From an uncultured virus (IMG/VR IMGVR_UViG_2061766007_000075) (taxonomy: Duplodnaviria > Heunggongvirae > Uroviricota > Caudoviricetes), in IMG/VR virus record IMGVR_UViG_2061766007_000075, positions 45,783 to 65,782 of that record: a stretch of 20,000 nt of DNA. One strand, 5' to 3'. This document shows positions 17,501-20,000 of the stretch, piece after piece; the stretch's first letter is position 1; every line of letters begins with the position of its first letter. A model generated the notes under the pieces. It searched no databases, had not been told where the DNA came from, and saw nothing but the letters and a program-made list of their open reading frames with translations. Position numbers and translations under genes: made by a program.

Positions 17501-18306
17501 AGAAACTCGTCAAGGACAGCATCGACGCGGTGGCGGATGCGCTCGGCAAGATGGGTGTCATCTCGCAGGTGCAGACCTGGAGCGGGACGGGCAGTCAGCC
17601 TCGCACCTACACGATAGATCCCGACTCCATTGTCCGTGGAATTATTCCGCAGGCGAACATAGACCTCTTTGAGAGCGCAGGAGCGGTGTTCAATGCAACG
17701 AGCGGATATTTTGAGCTGAACGGACTGACGGATATTTCATACGATGAAATGAAGGAGATTTATGGATATAAAGGTGCTTCCGATATGGCTGGGCAGGTCG
17801 GTAACAATACATTACGGAATCTCCCTACTTGTCCGAGAACCCTTTTCCCCATAACGCAGAACGTGGCGGGGGCAAGCTATATAAACTTCCTGCGAGTTTG
17901 CACAACATCTTATAATCCATCGCGGATAGAGTCGATATGTATAGGAAAGTCCTCATCTGATTTACTGATGGGGAATAATATGGAAAACCTTATATATAAT
18001 TGCCAATATCTAAAATACGTCGGAATTCAAGGGTCTCTTAATCCTACATCATCTGCTTCCGTCACTAACTTTGCGACGTCGTGCTATAATTTGGAGGAGA
18101 TTAAGATAACAGGCTTGGCGAAAAACATAGGTTTCAACCAATCTTCCTTATTGTCTGCTGCCTCCGTTGCCTACATGATTACCAACGCCGGAACTGCGAC
18201 CATCACCATCACCCTGCACGCCACGGCATACGCAAGAGCAAATGCCGATGCAGATGTGCAGGCAGCACTCTCGGCTCATACAAATGTATCACTCGCAAGC
18301 GCTTAA
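14515..18306 (+). CDS. Tail fibre/receptor-binding protein with internal repeats, 1263 aa
   Basis: Fibre motifs TKLSELEND, LVSGTNIKTINGSTILGSGNL, LSEEEKAQARTNIGA and YPSAKAV; a CBM5/12-like insert (AWSATKTYASGDLVCYDDLLYKS); a degenerate LRR-like C-terminal head. Confidence 0.8.
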   Translation: MAGTKLTQTGEQVQYLLNNAIQTKLSELENDMGYITEDAVAEALTGKADKGFATTNQSVYIKYGVSDKCAYIVRISFDSRAIEDTILLYQSGLTADGPRLYKLTDSGKAIEVDLMGKMWTSERWCRISCFVVGYKSMRLIPLYDETDIADSLPDGVTYIEGYRVSPLPLYQERLVDGENIKTIDGTAILGEGNLALRDVKYVSQSLSEEEKAQARTNIGASSASDIETINAKIPSAASPSNQLADKAYVNEKIQTETATFKGCYDDWEDILYGGVTADNNDYLVLLDASGYAPLVDGNGSYFIDEVVTDHNTLYKCIAPVNYEETPEAPLPYNDEENLHWEEASSNPKYEGTWRFKYAANGAYNPYNWLPEYQINEEPLTQAQLDALNSGITANKVSKLDALPTNSELETALGGKEDKTNKVNTIVGNESNTTKYASTKAVADAIAKVKASYWDASSDKDFTIRLDESVSTLRLDIFAETSDLPAEKGKAIIILNTTATASEASVIELAGTSLLGYQLVTYNGHKYFYLDRRGGAVVDVNIDVYVTLLSGTLPTVHLYDADVLYDGGATFTDFAAVTRFQETLVSGTNIKTINGSTILGSGNLEINGAFKAEYGTTTYAEVSAAFNAGKVVTIEVEWASGYETLYLTSYNGDTGLFFFSSPVEQDMIRSCYVDDADNWSSIFTFEPQMYALVTALSSSSDNSHYPSAKAVYDELATKASATIETYIPAQASANNQLADKNFVNSSIQTATATFKGNWETWADVPTDYTDYPDETKPDNNDYMVVRDARGYAPAWSATKTYASGDLVCYDDLLYKSLESHQHGNQPDESPSYWEMVDSNPAYEGTWRFKYNGSWDADGKEGWRPEYQVNEKPLTAAQLAALNSGITDTKVAKLDALPATIPTEVFWCTYGTTTYAEITAAISAGKAVMLLYNSNRQFTLAGLHAGSYAFNETSGSTIYTIECSTQSAWTHTGVAWEKTSYKKSSWSSAPNNTNYPSEKLVKDSIDAVADALGKMGVISQVQTWSGTGSQPRTYTIDPDSIVRGIIPQANIDLFESAGAVFNATSGYFELNGLTDISYDEMKEIYGYKGASDMAGQVGNNTLRNLPTCPRTLFPITQNVAGASYINFLRVCTTSYNPSRIESICIGKSSSDLLMGNNMENLIYNCQYLKYVGIQGSLNPTSSASVTNFATSCYNLEEIKITGLAKNIGFNQSSLLSAASVAYMITNAGTATITITLHATAYARANADADVQAALSAHTNVSLASA
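15211..15723 (+). repeat. Copy 1 of a 171-aa (513-nt) diverged intragenic duplication
   Basis: IPSAASPSNQLADK...YEGTWRFKY...PEYQINEEPLT...LNSGIT...KLDALP. The 18-mer AACCAGCTTGCGGACAAG at 15235 is identical to that at 16714. Confidence 0.9.
16690..17202 (+). repeat. Copy 2 of the 171-aa intragenic duplication (offset 1479 nt)
   Basis: IPAQASANNQLADK...YEGTWRFKY...PEYQVNEKPLT...LNSGIT...KLDALP. Confidence 0.9.
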
Positions 18307-18310
18307 CGAT

Positions 18311-18502
18311 ATGAAGAACGAAATGAAAGCAAAGGACGGGATGTGGCTCACGCAGGCCACACTCGAAAACGAGGACGAGCGCTCCTTCTGGAAGAAGGTC
18401 TGCGGCTACGGCGACCTCGAGGCACTATTCACCCTCTACACCGACGAGCAGAAGGCGCAGTGGGAGGAAGAACACCCGCAGGAAGAACCCATAAACGACT
18501 AA
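18311..18502 (+). CDS. Small acidic protein following the fibre (possible fibre chaperone), 63 aa
   Basis: ATG lies 4 nt after the fibre stop (MKNEMKAKDGMWLTQA...). The track start at 18242 lies inside the fibre gene. Confidence 0.7.
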   Translation: MKNEMKAKDGMWLTQATLENEDERSFWKKVCGYGDLEALFTLYTDEQKAQWEEEHPQEEPIND

Positions 18503-18506
18503 CGAT

Positions 18507-18800
18507 ATGAAAGACTTTTTCAAGAAGATCGCGGCGTTCTTTACAGCGCCCAAGAAACTCTCACACATTTTTATCATCAACTCGATAGCGATGTGTGTGT
18601 TCGTATTCCTTCTGTACTTCGGGCGCATCCGCCTCGGTTATTTCGCGGCAAACATCGTCGCTGTCTTAGGCGCGTTAGGCTACGAGGTAATTGCGTACAA
18701 GCATTTAGAGAAGTCCTCTTTTGAATGGAGCGACCTTTGGGCTGACATGATGGGGATTATCCTATTCAACGCGCAGTCAATCTTCTACATGCTCAAGTGA
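18507..18800 (+). CDS. Small multi-pass membrane protein, VanZ-like motif pattern, 97 aa
   Basis: KLSH followed by a TM, a second TM ending in E (LGYE), then FEWSDLWADMMG before a third hydrophobic stretch. This fits the H...E...D-x-x-A-D-x-x-G pattern. Confidence 0.55.
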   Translation: MKDFFKKIAAFFTAPKKLSHIFIINSIAMCVFVFLLYFGRIRLGYFAANIVAVLGALGYEVIAYKHLEKSSFEWSDLWADMMGIILFNAQSIFYMLK

Positions 18801-18807
18801 TGCGTAG

Positions 18808-18987
18808 ATGGCCAAGGTACGAGTAAAGATAATTCCAAAGCCGAAGAAGAGCGGCGTGAAACTTGCGAGTGCAACGGTTCGCGTCGCTCCCATTGCTCGT
18901 CCTACAGGAAAGCCTATCTATCAGACCACGGCACAGATACACGCGAAGATATACACGACAAGCAGTGGACAACCAAGACGCTATTAA
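18808..18987 (+). CDS. Small highly basic protein, 59 aa (not in the ORF track)
   Basis: MAKVRVKIIPKPKKSGVKLASATVRVAPIARPTGKPIYQTTAQIHAKIYTTSSGQPRRY: 13 K/R and no D/E. It starts 7 nt after the previous stop and fills the gap to the next gene. Confidence 0.6.
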   Translation: MAKVRVKIIPKPKKSGVKLASATVRVAPIARPTGKPIYQTTAQIHAKIYTTSSGQPRRY

Positions 18988-19354
18988 GTATATTATTGGT
19001 AAGCTGAGAGCGATCACCACGGCAGTTCAGATTAAACCTTTTATCTACGCTTCTCTCTATATCGGTGTTCTCGCCTCCTATCTTTTTGTCACGGACCGTG
19101 TCTTGGCTATCCTTGATACATTGTTCTATGTCTCCCCGATAGTGGTCATCGGCAATCTACTCGAGTCCCGCATCTTGAAGTTATGCAAATGGCACCGCGC
19201 GAGCTGCATCTTACCTTTATGCCCTCAAGTTAATCTCTTCATTGACAGATACATTTATGAGTTTTCGTTCTATGCCGAACTCGCACACATCATAATGATA
19301 ATCGCGATGACCGCTCTTTTATTGGTCTCGGCATACAAAGTTTTCATGAAATGA
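18965..19354 (+). CDS. Multi-pass membrane protein with an LCKWHR motif, about 129 aa
   Basis: Three to four hydrophobic segments. GTG 18965 is preferred over TTG 18863, whose extension overlaps the basic ORF. ATGA-coupled to the HTH gene. Confidence 0.7.
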   Translation: MDNQDAIKYIIGKLRAITTAVQIKPFIYASLYIGVLASYLFVTDRVLAILDTLFYVSPIVVIGNLLESRILKLCKWHRASCILPLCPQVNLFIDRYIYEFSFYAELAHIIMIIAMTALLLVSAYKVFMK

Positions 19355-19638
19355 CGGAACAAGATTTTATCATTGAGGTTCTTGACCTTTTCAAGAGCAA
19401 GATTAAGAACAACAACTGCACGAAAGAACAAACCGATGCGCTCTATAAGGTCGCATCCGAGAACTTGCCGATATTCGCTTCCGCAGAAGAAATCGCAGAG
19501 CACTATGGGAAATCGCTAACAGCCGTTCACAGCGTCATCAAGAACAAGATGACCGAGAAGCCTCGGAGGAATCTCACGCTTTACAACTTCAAGTTGTTCC
19601 GCAGATTAGTGCCATCATCTTGGCAAAAGCCCCACTGA
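19351..19638 (+). CDS. Putative helix-turn-helix DNA-binding protein, 95 aa
   Basis: ASAEEIAEHYGKSLTAVHSVIKNK fits the helix-G-turn-helix pattern; the C-terminus is basic. Confidence 0.6.
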   Translation: MTEQDFIIEVLDLFKSKIKNNNCTKEQTDALYKVASENLPIFASAEEIAEHYGKSLTAVHSVIKNKMTEKPRRNLTLYNFKLFRRLVPSSWQKPH

Positions 19639-19662
19639 TTATCAATGACATAACTAAATCTT

Positions 19663-19691
19663 GCCCATTGCTTCATCGCGGTGGGCTTTTT
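19663..19691 (+). terminator. Putative intrinsic terminator
   Basis: Stem GCCCATTGC (19663-19671)/GCGGTGGGC (19678-19686) with 2 G-U pairs, a 6-nt loop and TTTTT, 24 nt after the HTH stop. Confidence 0.6.
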
Positions 19692-19706
19692 CGTCAACTT
19701 TGCATC

Positions 19707-19730
19707 AGACAATCGTGGCCACGAGCGTCT
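19707..19730. promoter_or_regulatory. Palindromic operator or 5'-UTR hairpin AGAC-aa-TCGTGGCCACGA-gc-GTCT
   Basis: Perfect 12-bp palindrome at 19713-19724 with AGAC/GTCT outer arms, just downstream of a near-consensus -7 element CAACTTTG (19695-19702). Confidence 0.45.
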
Positions 19731-19764
19731 AGTGTGAAGTTTAATTTTTAAATGCTAAATAACT

Positions 19765-20000
19765 ATGGCAGAGGACAAGACAATTATTATGCCTGACAAC
19801 CAGAACGGTTGGGGCAACATCCCGTTTGCTATGACTCTCCCCCTGTGGGGCAACGGTTATGGCGCTTACGGTAACTACGGTGGATTTGGCAGCGGATTCG
19901 GACCTTTCGGCACCGGCGGATTCATCCCCGGTATTCTCGGAGGTATCCTCGGCGGTCTGATCCCCGGATTCTTCGGTGGTAACGGCTTCGGCTGGAGCGG
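19765..20000 (+). CDS. Gly/aromatic-rich protein, 3'-truncated (not in the ORF track)
   Basis: ATG after an AT-rich leader, open to the window end: MAEDKTIIMPDNQNGWGNIPFAMTLPLWGNGYGAYGNYGGFGSGFGPFGTGGFIPGILGGILGGLIPGFFGGNGFGWS. Confidence 0.8.
   Translation, partial: MAEDKTIIMPDNQNGWGNIPFAMTLPLWGNGYGAYGNYGGFGSGFGPFGTGGFIPGILGGILGGLIPGFFGGNGFGWS

Noticed and set aside
18863..18964. N-terminal extension of the membrane protein from TTG 18863
   Set aside because: It overlaps the better-placed 59-aa basic ORF. GTG 18965 gives a compact membrane protein.
1..20000. Stop-codon reassignment (TAG/TGA recoding as in some gut phages)
   Set aside because: Multi-kb genes are intact in the standard code, and TAG and TGA act as normal terminators at gene junctions (1119, 6936, 7356, 7865, 13167, 13981).
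1..20000. CRISPR array, tRNA, integrase, transposase or tail sheath gene
   Set aside because: No regularly spaced direct repeats, cloverleaf-sized intergenic space or matching protein motifs were seen. The window is almost fully coding.

Overview
This window is the tail/lysis late region of a tailed phage or prophage, most likely a siphovirus-type phage of a Bacteroidales host. All credible genes lie on the + strand. The order is: partial hypothetical gene; tail assembly chaperone with a well-supported -1 programmed frameshift (slippery site plus stem-loop); 1766-aa tape measure protein; conserved hypothetical gene; holin-like protein; Dit-like protein; ~1570-aa tail hub/central fibre; Amidase_3 endolysin; spanin-like protein with an unusual topology; small tail-associated genes; a 1263-aa internally duplicated mosaic fibre; and a terminal cassette of unknown function (59-aa basic protein missing from the ORF track, membrane protein, HTH protein, terminator/promoter/palindrome, Gly-rich protein running off the end). 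The host is inferred from TAnnTTTG promoter motifs and from protein families recognised from memory; no database search was run. The most notable signals are the frameshift with a 50-codon dual-coding stretch, the terminal regulatory cassette, the TM-plus-beta-hairpin spanin candidate, and the absence of CCGG from the first 12.2 kb. No CRISPR array, tRNA, integrase/transposase or reverse transcriptase was seen.
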